The notes under the pieces: model-generated
The model's database searches: none
What the model was told of the DNA's origin: nothing
What the model saw: the letters and a program-made list of their open reading frames with translations, nothing else
Translations under genes and position numbers: made by a program
Virus record (IMG/VR): IMGVR_UViG_3300049489_000283
Location: 27,550 to 91,549 of that record
Reading direction: 5' to 3' (one strand)
DNA from: a virus
DNA length: 64,000 nucleotides
Shown here: piece by piece, positions 30,081-38,660 of the stretch
Layout: every line of letters begins with the position of its first letter
How positions within the stretch are numbered: the stretch's first letter is position 1

Positions 30081-30839
30081 TTACTCTGGCCCGATCTCTG
30101 GCGATTCAGGGCGCGCTGTTTTCTGTGATTTCTTGATGCGGCGACGGTGCCGCGTGTGCCACTTGCGTTGGAATCGCTGTCCAACTGTAAGTCTCGCTGG
30201 TGCCCAATGCTCGTCCCCTGGCGAGCAGTCTTCGTCAATACACCAATCGCCTTCCTTCACCACTTCGCCATCGTTCAGGTCTCTCCAAGACTCACCGAGC
30301 AAGTTTCTGGGGCTCGGACTGCGAGTCTCGGCCTCGATGCGGATGCGATACTCACACGCAATCGCATCATTCAGGCTGATCTTTTCGCCTACTAAATCTC
30401 CCTGGCCAGCACTCCACGAGATCCTGTTTCTGTGGCGGTATTCATATCCATCGGGTCGTCTGTCTCCGGCTTCAAGGAGTCTCCATTCCGCGCCCACGTC
30501 GTCCTGGTCGCTGCTCTCGCCCTCAGCAGAAAATGAAATCACGGACGCTTCCACTGCCTGACGCAGATCCCACTTGCGAGCGGCTACGAGGCATCGCCTG
30601 CTATCGCACTGTTCGCAATCGCAGTTCTTTCCATACGGATGCAGGCTGCTGTACTGCCGTTCTTCCATCCGCTCAATACTCGCCAGCAAGCTCGTGTCCT
30701 TCGAAGTAGGTGCGGTGTATGGAATCCAAGGGAGTCCACCCGTCTTATCCCACTCCACCGTAGCCACCTCTTCATTCCAGCCAACAATCACCAAAGGACC
30801 GTCTGCCGCTGTTGGCGACCTTTCAGTTATCCAGTTCAC
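30081..30839 (-). CDS. Hypothetical protein with an internal repeated WRxLxxG(D/E) module
   Basis: 'EWRLLEAGDRRPDG' and 'SWRDLNDGEVVKEG'. Confidence 0.6.
   Translation of the reverse strand: MNWITERSPTAADGPLVIVGWNEEVATVEWDKTGGLPWIPYTAPTSKDTSLLASIERMEERQYSSLHPYGKNCDCEQCDSRRCLVAARKWDLRQAVEASVISFSAEGESSDQDDVGAEWRLLEAGDRRPDGYEYRHRNRISWSAGQGDLVGEKISLNDAIACEYRIRIEAETRSPSPRNLLGESWRDLNDGEVVKEGDWCIDEDCSPGDEHWAPARLTVGQRFQRKWHTRHRRRIKKSQKTARPESPEIGPE
30086..30114 (-). promoter_or_regulatory. GCGCCC-N18-GCC promoter-like motif
   Basis: Reverse complement: gcgccc tgaatcgccagagatcgg gccag. Confidence 0.75.
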
Positions 30840-31051
30840 GTTTCACCTCGCTTCAATCTGTCAACTTCATCGAACAACATCTCAATCGCTGCTTCAGCTT
30901 GCGGTATGGTGAATACCAGCATGTGAAGTTTCTGCTTGGAGAACGGTGCCGTCACTTCGTCATAGCACTCCTGTGGGGCGCCGATCCAAACCTTGTTGTC
31001 GCCAGTGGAGCCAGCTTTCAGGGTGACTTGGCGTATGTTTTTCGCTTTCAT
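30836..31051 (-). CDS. Hypothetical protein
   Basis: 4-nt overlaps with both neighbours. Confidence 0.6.
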   Translation of the reverse strand: MKAKNIRQVTLKAGSTGDNKVWIGAPQECYDEVTAPFSKQKLHMLVFTIPQAEAAIEMLFDEVDRLKRGET

Positions 31052-31278
31052 TTCAGTCCCTCAAGTCGCTTGTTTGCCCATGCAACTGGGCAGTCTTTGT
31101 GGTGTGGAACATCGTGCGGCCACGTCAATTGGCGGCCCTGCTTCCATTTCATTGCCACCGACTCGTGGCACACTGGACAGTAGATCCGTCCAGGTCCGTT
31201 CGGGTCGTGTTCGTCGATCATGTAGGTTTCTGCCAGCATTTTCAGAACGGCAGTTGGAATTGGTGGGTTGATGATCAT
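31048..31278 (-). CDS. Small Zn-binding hypothetical protein
   Basis: CPVC...HHKDC. Confidence 0.6.
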   Translation of the reverse strand: MIINPPIPTAVLKMLAETYMIDEHDPNGPGRIYCPVCHESVAMKWKQGRQLTWPHDVPHHKDCPVAWANKRLEGLK

Positions 31279-31592
31279 GGTTTTCCAATCGCCTTTTCGA
31301 TTGCGGATCTCGCTCGCTTGACGGTTTCATCAGTCAGGTAAATCAGGGTTCCTTCTCGGCGACAAGCATTGGCCGACGAGAGCAGGCTATTGAGCGCCGA
31401 AAGCAGTTCCGGCGCGGCGGCAATCAAGTTGGCGTTCGATAGACCGCACGGGCTATCTATTCCACCGAACACATTGCAGATCCTTCGCGGAGGATTCTCG
31501 GTCGTCATGACATCGTCGGTCGAGTAGTCGCCATTATCTCTTGGCTTGCTGACAGCCCATGGACCTGGGGTGAATTGTGATTTGCTTGTCAT
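31275..31592 (-). CDS. Conserved phage hypothetical protein
   Basis: 'FTPGPW...NANLIAAAPELLSAL'. Confidence 0.8.
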   Translation of the reverse strand: MTSKSQFTPGPWAVSKPRDNGDYSTDDVMTTENPPRRICNVFGGIDSPCGLSNANLIAAAPELLSALNSLLSSANACRREGTLIYLTDETVKRARSAIEKAIGKP

Positions 31593-31942
31593 TTCTTCCT
31601 CGCTGGAGCTTCGTGGAACGAAGTGGAATCGACGACGACTTCAATGATCGCTTCGATCAGCTTTGCCGCGCCTTCTGGATCGCCTTCCTTGATCGACTGT
31701 TCAGCGCCAATCGCCAGCGCCCAGATGACGAGTTCTTTCTTGTTCACGCTTTTTGGCTCCTTGGGTTGTGGTGGTTGGTATATTCGCGCTGGCTTTTGGT
31801 TTTGGAGTGCCAGTCAACTCCACCCCTGGGGATGCAGGCCCGTCACTGGGGGCCGTGCTGATCTGCTGGATTTTCCATTGTTCTATCCTCCTCTGCTCTT
31901 TGCTTTTGGGCCGACCGGAGCTGCATCATCCAGTCGGGCGTG

Positions 31943-32440
31943 TTATTGATGCACTTTGCTGCTGCGGATCGCTGAGTAGGCGACCCGGTTCTCTTTCTCG
32001 ATGTAGGCGTGAACGATCTCTTGGTTGAGAGCGTAGTGGACCGTCTCAAGCAGGTACTCCAGCGTTGAGCTTTGGACAAACTCGCTGGCGTCGTACTCTT
32101 CGCCGGTCTCTTCGTCGAACCTCGTGTGAGTCGCCTCGTCCGTGAGTTCGGAATCGATGTCGAATCCTTGGAACGTCGGGGTGATCGTCAGCTTCCAGGT
32201 TGACCAGCCATCATAGAAGCCGTTGTCGTCCATGTGGTGATACGGAACGACCAGCACGATCTTGTGCTCGGTGGACTCTTCGAGATCGATCGTGATCCCT
32301 TGGTCGATTCCAGATCCAGAAGGAAGGATCGCCTCAAGGTCGTGGATCGATGCGGCTGAAGCCCAATCGCCATTCTGGAGATCGCGTCGAACTGACTCCG
32401 AGATCGCCTGAATCATCTTGACGTTTCGTGAACGTGACAT
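31943..32440 (-). CDS. Conserved phage hypothetical protein
   Basis: 'LPSGSGID...YHHMDDNGFYDGW'. Confidence 0.75.
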   Translation of the reverse strand: MSRSRNVKMIQAISESVRRDLQNGDWASAASIHDLEAILPSGSGIDQGITIDLEESTEHKIVLVVPYHHMDDNGFYDGWSTWKLTITPTFQGFDIDSELTDEATHTRFDEETGEEYDASEFVQSSTLEYLLETVHYALNQEIVHAYIEKENRVAYSAIRSSKVHQ

Positions 32441-32472
32441 AGCTGTTTCTCCCATTGATTGTTGCGTGAATC

Positions 32473-32509
32473 AAAAGCGGGGGCTGGCTGTTGCGTAGAC
32501 AGCCCCCGC
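32473..32509 (-). terminator. Rho-independent terminator / attenuator (minus strand)
   Basis: gcgggggctg...cagcccccgc stem with an adjacent A run on +. Confidence 0.6.
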
Positions 32510-32767
32510 GCTCCCGAAGCGATGGTTGCGTCATCGCTCTCCCGTACCTTGTTCTACTTGCCTTCCCTCAGATCCTTCGTCATCTCCATCGCGCAGTCGC
32601 CGTGGTAGATCCTCAAGATCGGGTCCGGCTTCATCGGATGCTTGAACGATCCACCGCAGTGCGGACACGTATGGTCATAAAGCACCTCGACCGGCTTGCT
32701 GTTCTTGTTCATCAGAGATCCCGTTTCATGCTGTCTTTCGTAAGGGCTTGCTTCCCTCACACTAGAC

Positions 32768-32796
32768 TAGGCTCAGTTGGTCGCCGTTCAGGGCGC
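32768..32796 (-). promoter_or_regulatory. GCGCCC-N18-GCC promoter-like motif
   Basis: Reverse complement: gcgccc tgaacggcgaccaactga gccta. Confidence 0.75.
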
Positions 32797-32901
32797 GCCA
32801 TTTTCAGAAAAACCTCTTCGGTAGTTTGGGCAGGTTGATTCCCGTGGTTCCAGTGGGACAATGCGGCCACTTCATTACTCGTGACGAAAGGAGTCAACCC
32901 G

Positions 32902-33177
32902 ATGAAGTCGTTTGCTTTGGTTTGCGTGATCCTGTTCTCGATGCTGTTCGCCAGTGACGCCAGCGCCCAGTGCGCCAACGGGGTCTGTGGTCCAGTGTTC
33001 CCCGTGGCTAACCGGGTCGTGAACGGCGTCCGCTACACAGTCTCGCCAGCTTTTCGCCAGCAGTTCTACTCGGCGCCGCGATTCTATGCAGCGCCTGTCT
33101 ATCGTCGTCCCGTCTTCTACGCCCCCAGGGTCGTATTCTTCGGCGGACGAAACTGCGCTAACGGTCAGTGCCGCTAG
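32902..33177 (+). CDS. Small secreted peptide bracketed by CxNGxC motifs
   Basis: Signal peptide ending ASA; mature part starts QCANGVC and ends CANGQCR; AAGGAG RBS. Confidence 0.75.
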   Translation: MKSFALVCVILFSMLFASDASAQCANGVCGPVFPVANRVVNGVRYTVSPAFRQQFYSAPRFYAAPVYRRPVFYAPRVVFFGGRNCANGQCR

Positions 33178-33530
33178 TCGCCTGACATCAGCTTGGCGAT
33201 CGAGAGCTTGGGGCACTCGAACACTTGGACCTGGAGGCTCTCCAGGTCGTGCGGTCGGCAGTCGTTTCCGACGTAATTGATCGCACCCTCGTCATAATCG
33301 TCCGCTTCCTCATCGCTCAACGCGAACCGCTCCAGCTTCCCGTGGTCGGCTGCGATGTCTAGGGCTTCTTGCAGTGATTCCGCGAACACGACAGCCAGTG
33401 CAAAGCCGTGGTCGTGGAACAAGAAGCCGCGAACGTGGTGAGGGTTGTAGTCCCCGGCGAAGATGCAGTCTTCATGGTTGAGGACATCGTCGTCACTGAA
33501 CTGGATCTCAGAAATCTTGGCTGTTGCCAT
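33174..33530 (-). CDS. Acidic hypothetical protein
   Basis: ORF with AACGGGAG RBS. Confidence 0.7.
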   Translation of the reverse strand: MATAKISEIQFSDDDVLNHEDCIFAGDYNPHHVRGFLFHDHGFALAVVFAESLQEALDIAADHGKLERFALSDEEADDYDEGAINYVGNDCRPHDLESLQVQVFECPKLSIAKLMSGD

Positions 33531-33588
33531 GGTGAACTCCCGTTTTGATGAAGAAAGGTTTGGGGCTTGCGGACCCCGGTCACTAACA

Positions 33589-33617
33589 CTGGCCCAGATC
33601 GCCGCCGATCAGGGCGC
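33589..33617 (-). promoter_or_regulatory. GCGCCC-N18-GCC promoter-like motif
   Basis: Reverse complement: gcgccc tgatcggcggcgatctgg gccag. Confidence 0.75.
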
Positions 33618-33851
33618 TGGATCTTCGTGGTCCTCGTATTCTCGGATCACTTTCTCTTCCCATGGCGATGATTCGCCAGCGCATCTCGGTGCGACATGCG
33701 GAAGCTCGTTCTCTGGCTTCGGGTCGCAGTCCTCGCAGAGCGATCGCATCTTGATGTAGGTGGCCCAGGTCACTCGCATCGGAGCATCGCAGTTCACGCA
33801 GTAGTCGCGGTAATACTTTGATCCTGGGATCTGTTTGCCTCGTCGTTCCAT
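33609..33851 (-). CDS. Small zinc-ribbon protein
   Basis: CVNC...CEDC; GAGGAG RBS. Confidence 0.65.
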   Translation of the reverse strand: MERRGKQIPGSKYYRDYCVNCDAPMRVTWATYIKMRSLCEDCDPKPENELPHVAPRCAGESSPWEEKVIREYEDHEDPAP

Positions 33852-34389
33852 AGTCTCCTCTCGGTATTTGGTTCAGATGATGTAATGGACGCGGACCAGC
33901 TCGTAGTCGTCGTGCTCGATCTCTGCGGCGTCCTCATTGCTGAAGACCAGCCGCTCGTTTTTCTTGTCCCACCCGAACGCGGTGTCACGATCGACGCCGA
34001 TCTTTGCGTTGTTCATGTACGCCAGGAGGCACTTGGCTTCCTGTGCGAATCGATCGTTGGCTCGGATGTGGGAGTAGATGTTGCAAGACTCGACGTTCTG
34101 GGTTCGAGTCTCACATCCTTCTTCGTGAATGATCGTGATCACTGCTGTGAAACCTCTCTTTGCATGGCCATGAATTGCGCTTGGTCGCACGAATACAGAT
34201 CGACGTACCAAGACGGGTTATTGTTTCCGTCCATTCGGCAATTCAGCTCGGTCCAGTAAGCGTCGTCGCCGGTGTTCAGTACCTCAGCCAGCGCTGCCTC
34301 AAATCCGTCGCAAAAGGCAAATGCAGCCTCGTGCTGACTTCCGTTGAATTTCTTGATTGTCTTCTTGAAGTGGTTCATTGTTTGCTCCT

Positions 34390-34731
34390 CTAGCTGAGCG
34401 GGATGGATAGGGAAGGAGAGTCTGTGTATAGCCCGACCTTGCGGGCGAGGCTTTCGGCTGATCGTTCCAGGTTGGCCAGTTGGAGCGGGTGAAGGCAATC
34501 CGCCCTACAGCCAGCCAAGTAGGTCGATCCTTCGACTGCGTCTTCAAGGACGAGGTCGGTGAGGATCGGATACTCACGACGCGCCGTGTCGTACTGTTCT
34601 GCAATCAGCAGCTTGCACACTTCCTCGATCTCAAATAACGGGAAGTGATCAATAACGTCCGCGATCGCGTCCGGAACTTCGAGCCGGTGGTGGAGGATCT
34701 TCTTCTCGGTGGGGGTCAGTTTCAGTGTCAT
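34390..34731 (-). CDS. Hypothetical protein
   Basis: ORF in the array; 'ILHHRLEVPDAIAD'. Confidence 0.65.
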   Translation of the reverse strand: MTLKLTPTEKKILHHRLEVPDAIADVIDHFPLFEIEEVCKLLIAEQYDTARREYPILTDLVLEDAVEGSTYLAGCRADCLHPLQLANLERSAESLARKVGLYTDSPSLSIPLS

Positions 34732-34752
34732 GGCTTGTTGCTCTGCTGGTGA

Positions 34753-34968
34753 TTAGGTGGATGCTTTGACGAACGCGGCGACCGCGTCGTCACGGGATTC
34801 GAATCCTTCGATCGGCTCTCGGTCGTTGTTGAAGATGATGAACCACTTTCCGCTGACGATGGCCGAGTCAATGATTCCGCCTTCGCCTTGAGGATTGCAG
34901 ATCAAACCGCCTGGGATGCACTCGGACCAGCCTTCGATGACTGAATTGAGGGTTTCGATTGCTGACAT
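34753..34968 (-). CDS. Small hypothetical protein
   Basis: AAAGGA RBS, downstream of the promoter motif. Confidence 0.6.
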   Translation of the reverse strand: MSAIETLNSVIEGWSECIPGGLICNPQGEGGIIDSAIVSGKWFIIFNNDREPIEGFESRDDAVAAFVKAST

Positions 34969-35022
34969 CTGTGTTCCTTTGAATGACTGGTGGGTGACGG
35001 AGAACATCTCCCTCTGTAACTA

Positions 35023-35051
35023 CTGGCCCATTCCCGGACGGTTCAGGGCGC
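35023..35051 (-). promoter_or_regulatory. GCGCCC-N18-GCC promoter-like motif
   Basis: Reverse complement: gcgccc tgaaccgtccgggaatgg gccag. Confidence 0.75.
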
Positions 35052-35452
35052 GCTATCCAGAAAAATCTCAGAACCAATCCGGTTCGCAGGTGCCGGACTT
35101 GGCTAGCTCGGAGCGTGTCAGGCCGCTGTATGGCCCTCGCTTTCGATCGTGTGGCTCCGAGCGGCGCAGGCTGGCCAGACGTGCCAGCGCTCGCCCGAGG
35201 ATGCTGTGGACCCGGTCGTCGTCATCCCAGAGCCTGGGGTCGCGGCGGAGGCGGCGGACAAGTCGCTCGTATTCTTTGATTCGATTCATGGCTGGGTTAT
35301 CGCTTGGTGGTTGGGTTGGTGGGTTTGGTGGGGTTGTTTGTTCCCGCTGGCGATTCGGTCTCGTGTGTCGCAGCGGTCCCACGGGTCTTGATGTTGAAGT
35401 AAATCGATGGCTTGTCGATCGAGATCTCCCGACCGATCGGAGTGAAGTCGAT

Positions 35453-35650
35453 CTACTCAACCTCCTTGATCGACCATTCGCGGCGATCTGGCTTGAGGGC
35501 TCCGAAGCGTTGCCGGACGAACTTTGTCCAGGCGCTGTCCGCGCTTTTGGCCCAGTATCGATACCCATCGACATCGATGATCGGCCAATTGGTTTTGATC
35601 TCGAACAGCTTGAGCCCGAGCGACTTGGGTGATGATGGCTTGGCGGTCAT
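35453..35650 (-). CDS. Small hypothetical protein
   Basis: AACGGGAG RBS. Confidence 0.6.
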   Translation of the reverse strand: MTAKPSSPKSLGLKLFEIKTNWPIIDVDGYRYWAKSADSAWTKFVRQRFGALKPDRREWSIKEVE

Positions 35651-35716
35651 GAAAGAACTCCCGTTGTTGGTTGGACGTGACAGGAAAGCCGTTGCGTGGC
35701 TCTCCTCCCATAAGAC

Positions 35717-35745
35717 TAGGCACAGTTCCCGGAAATCCAGGGCGC
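35717..35745 (-). promoter_or_regulatory. GCGCCC-N18-GCC promoter-like motif
   Basis: Reverse complement: gcgccc tggatttccgggaactgt gccta. Confidence 0.75.
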
Positions 35746-35886
35746 TGGATCTCAGGAGAACTCTTTGACGGCCTTCCTGGTGGCCGCTGAGCGAGTTTTG
35801 GCTCGCTTGGTCCGGCTATCCGAGTGGACGCCGGAGCCGGATCGGTGATTGCTGTGCCCGGTAGCCGGGCGTTTCCGGTCTAGTAC

Positions 35887-35936
35887 GATCGTGAAAGATC
35901 GTGATTGATCGTGACGTTTCGTGATTGATCGTGACA
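35887..35936. repeat. Five tandem 10-bp units (consensus GATCGTGAnn)
   Basis: gatcgtgaaa gatcgtgatt gatcgtgacg tttcgtgatt gatcgtgaca. Confidence 0.85.
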
Positions 35937-35952
35937 TGGTTGATTCCTTGGG

Positions 35953-36180
35953 TTAGCCGATGCTACCGAGAAGGTAGCCTCGAAGTAGGTACTTGCATCG
36001 CCCGGACTTGGCTTCTCCGAGATTCCTGGGGGCGATGAATACAGTGCATCCGTCGCGATACGAGTGTTCGAAATCCCCATCGGTCTCGGCGGCGAATCGC
36101 AATTCTCGCTTCAGAACATCAAGGGTGGAACCTTCCAGGATCGCACCGAAATAGAACTCAGACTTTGCTTTTGCTGACAT
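35953..36180 (-). CDS. Small hypothetical protein
   Basis: AACGGGAG RBS; first gene of the leftward array. Confidence 0.65.
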   Translation of the reverse strand: MSAKAKSEFYFGAILEGSTLDVLKRELRFAAETDGDFEHSYRDGCTVFIAPRNLGEAKSGRCKYLLRGYLLGSIG

Positions 36181-36217
36181 CGTTGACTCCCGTTGATTTG
36201 CTTGCCCCACAACTAAC

Positions 36218-36287
36218 TAGGCTCGATCTGGTCGGAAAGAGGGCGCGCAAAATTTTCTGCGCCCCGTCTCAGCCGTTATTGAGCCTG
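36218..36287. promoter_or_regulatory. Back-to-back divergent pair of GCGCCC-N18-GCC motifs at the strand switch
   Basis: Minus copy 36218-36246 and plus copy 36259-36287. Confidence 0.8.
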
Positions 36288-36345
36288 GACTATTGAGGCG
36301 GTCAGTATGGCCGTCGTCATGCAACGCCTATCGGGAGATACTCCA

Positions 36346-36711
36346 ATGTCCAAGTTCACGACCGACGTTTACATCCTTCCATCGCACTGGTCTACATACC
36401 TCCTCAACGGAGATGGATCGGGACTTACCGATGCTGAAATCGAAGAGGTCGAGGATTGGTGCGCGGCCAATGACAACCCTCGCTTTGTCAGTGTTGGTGA
36501 TGACTACTTCTCGTGGTCGAATGACGCCAACATGAAGGGCGGGAACGTCGCGGATTTCACTGTGCTGGTCGAGGAGGACGAGTATGAAGGTGAAGGTTTA
36601 CCGAAACCTCCATCTCAAGGACGGAGCGAAGTACAGCGTGGTGTGGAATGGCTTGGTGGTGTCCCACGAGTCACTGATCAGCCTCCACAACGTGAGGATG
36701 AAGCATCCTAA
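36346..36711 (+). CDS. Conserved phage hypothetical protein
   Basis: 'YILPSHWSTYLLNGDGSGLTDAE'. Confidence 0.7.
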   Translation: MSKFTTDVYILPSHWSTYLLNGDGSGLTDAEIEEVEDWCAANDNPRFVSVGDDYFSWSNDANMKGGNVADFTVLVEEDEYEGEGLPKPPSQGRSEVQRGVEWLGGVPRVTDQPPQREDEAS

Positions 36712-37066
36712 GCCAAAGCAGCTACAGATGGTTCGCTGCGGTCACCGTAGCGTCATCTGCTGGCTGAGAGGCCACTGGGACACTTCGATGTCCATGATGG
36801 CGCCGCTGGGATCTTATCGCCGTTTGGCGTGCGACCCGAGGAAGGTGGACTTCTTCTGCGACGAGGCTACCGGTGAAAGGGTTGATCGCGCAGAGAGCGT
36901 CTTGCTGACTCCTAGCGGCGTCTTGTATTCACTGGCAGTTCATTCGAATCCGGCCAACGAAGAGGGTTCTCCGAGCATGTCCAACTGGATCTCCGTCTGG
37001 ACTGGGACGTGCATGGCTGGCCGAAATTCGAAGCACTTGCAAACGACGAATTCGTCGCAATCCTGA
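36584..37066 (+). CDS. Conserved phage hypothetical protein
   Basis: 'MKVKVYRNLH...YSV...GLVVSH'; GAGGAGG RBS. Confidence 0.7.
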   Translation: MKVKVYRNLHLKDGAKYSVVWNGLVVSHESLISLHNVRMKHPKPKQLQMVRCGHRSVICWLRGHWDTSMSMMAPLGSYRRLACDPRKVDFFCDEATGERVDRAESVLLTPSGVLYSLAVHSNPANEEGSPSMSNWISVWTGTCMAGRNSKHLQTTNSSQS

Positions 37067-37168
37067 CAGACCCAAAGGCTGTCGTTGTTGTCGCAGTGGT
37101 GCCCGAGGGCGTTGCTGTGTTTGAAATGGCTGTCGTGAAAATCGCGGCAGGCAAAGTCGGGGATTCCG

Positions 37169-37651
37169 GTGCTCATCGTGAGTCCTCCTTGTTGTTCATT
37201 GTACCAAAGCATGGAGCTGGAAATGCAAACATGGGTTCGATCCATGAAAGAGCTGAAGATCACGGTTTACAGCCGATTCCGCTATGGAGTCGTCTCGATC
37301 GTCGAGAAGCGGCATTTCAAAAACGACTACCGAAGATCTCCAGGGGTGCTAAAGCTCGGCTGGACGAATCCAAGGCCAGTCGTCCTGTTTCCACCGGAAG
37401 GGTCTCCATACAACGCGCATCGAGAGATGTTCGTTGAGTGCGACCAGGGAACCCTGACGATGTCAGAGGCTCTCTACGGAGACTTTCCAACCCCGTCACA
37501 GATCAAAGAGATGACGGAAGAGATTAGAAGAAATCCAAACAGAAACCCCGAGCGTGCCGGACCCAATCAGGCCCGACCGTTCGGCTTTGATGGTCCAGGT
37601 GTCCGAGAAATCAGCGTAACTGAGTTGTGTCATGCGATCACGTCCAAATGA
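37169..37651 (+). CDS. Hypothetical protein
   Basis: ORF; start uncertain. Confidence 0.5.
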   Translation: MLIVSPPCCSLYQSMELEMQTWVRSMKELKITVYSRFRYGVVSIVEKRHFKNDYRRSPGVLKLGWTNPRPVVLFPPEGSPYNAHREMFVECDQGTLTMSEALYGDFPTPSQIKEMTEEIRRNPNRNPERAGPNQARPFGFDGPGVREISVTELCHAITSK

Positions 37652-38075
37652 ATCCGATCTTAAATATGTCATCAAGTCGTTGTCCGAACTACGGGAGATG
37701 TATAACTCGAATCCTCAATTGAAAGGGATGCCCAGGAGCCCGGCGTTCGTCCGCCACTTATCCAAGGACTGGGGCCGATGTCGCGGCCTGAAGATCCTGG
37801 GGCTCACTCCGCTCTATCCCGTGATCTTCGCCAGGGTTGGTACCGAACAGGAGCAGATACTGAGCGGCTCCAAGTTTGTCTACACGGAGGAGGGCCTGAT
37901 CAGCATCAGCGAGATCAGGATGGCTGAGCGAGGTGATCTTGTTTCACTCAGCGAGATCAGGCAGCGATCTGAGGAGGTTCGCCTTGCTCGCGGCTCCACC
38001 GTGTTCCCTGACACCAAGGAGTCATGGGTGGGTGTTGATGGATATGAGCCAAGAAAATTTACGGTCTGCGCTTGA
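37632..38075 (+). CDS. Hypothetical protein
   Basis: 147-aa ORF overlapping the previous one. Confidence 0.55.
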   Translation: MRSRPNESDLKYVIKSLSELREMYNSNPQLKGMPRSPAFVRHLSKDWGRCRGLKILGLTPLYPVIFARVGTEQEQILSGSKFVYTEEGLISISEIRMAERGDLVSLSEIRQRSEEVRLARGSTVFPDTKESWVGVDGYEPRKFTVCA

Positions 38076-38087
38076 CGGGATCGCCGT

Positions 38088-38129
38088 AAAATAAAGAATG
38101 GCTGGCCGGGAAGGAGACCGGCCAGCCAT
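38088..38129 (-). terminator. Terminator hairpin, U-tract on the minus strand
   Basis: Perfect 12-bp stem atggctggccgg/ccggccagccat preceded by aaaataaag. Confidence 0.7.
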
Positions 38130-38660
38130 GTCGCTGGTCTTAGCGGAGATGAGCTGACCAGATGAAGGAAAGTTTAGCTTGCAAAACATAACATTCAAGT
38201 CGCTTCGATCACGCATATCGAACGACTGAATGACGACCGGGTTCGATTCGCAACCGAGCCCGAGTAAACGCGACATAACGGGAGTGGGGAGCCAGCAGTC
38301 TCCTCTTTGAGCCTTCTGGCTGTAGTGGTCAGCGGGAGCACTGCTTTGCACTTTCGACGAGATCTTTCTCGTCGGCGTCATGTAAGGAGCGCAGCAATCG
38401 CTGTGGCTGGTGGAGAGACGTAAACAATTCCGGTGGGCGAACAAGCGAGTGCGGCTCCAGAATCTGAAGCTATCAGCTTGATGAGTCTTTGCTCATGCCA
38501 GCATGGACTCACTGCGCTCATGCTCACCTAAATCTGAAACTTCTCTGATCCCACTGGCGCGCAGTCTTCTGAGCGCGCGCGACAGAGACTCTTGAAGATT
38601 GAGTTGGATTTGGTAGTTTCTCGCTCGCAACAATTCTTCAAGAACTCGGGAGTATCAGTG

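Noticed and set aside
35300-35342. G/T-rich run as a G-quadruplex
   Set aside because: G-tracts are irregular; more simply a C/A-rich unstructured leader on the coding (minus) strand.
28366-36287. Dispersed repeats as a CRISPR array or integron attC sites
   Set aside because: Copies are 0.5-2.7 kb apart, bipartite with an unconserved spacer, and lack GTTRRRY cores or consistent palindromy; orientation tracks transcription, which fits promoters.
38161-38545. RNase P or tmRNA identity for the non-coding interval (gaaggaaagtt; ctccacca on minus)
   Set aside because: No matching P4 partner or conserved region V, and no T-arm before the CCA-like end; only fragmentary resemblance.
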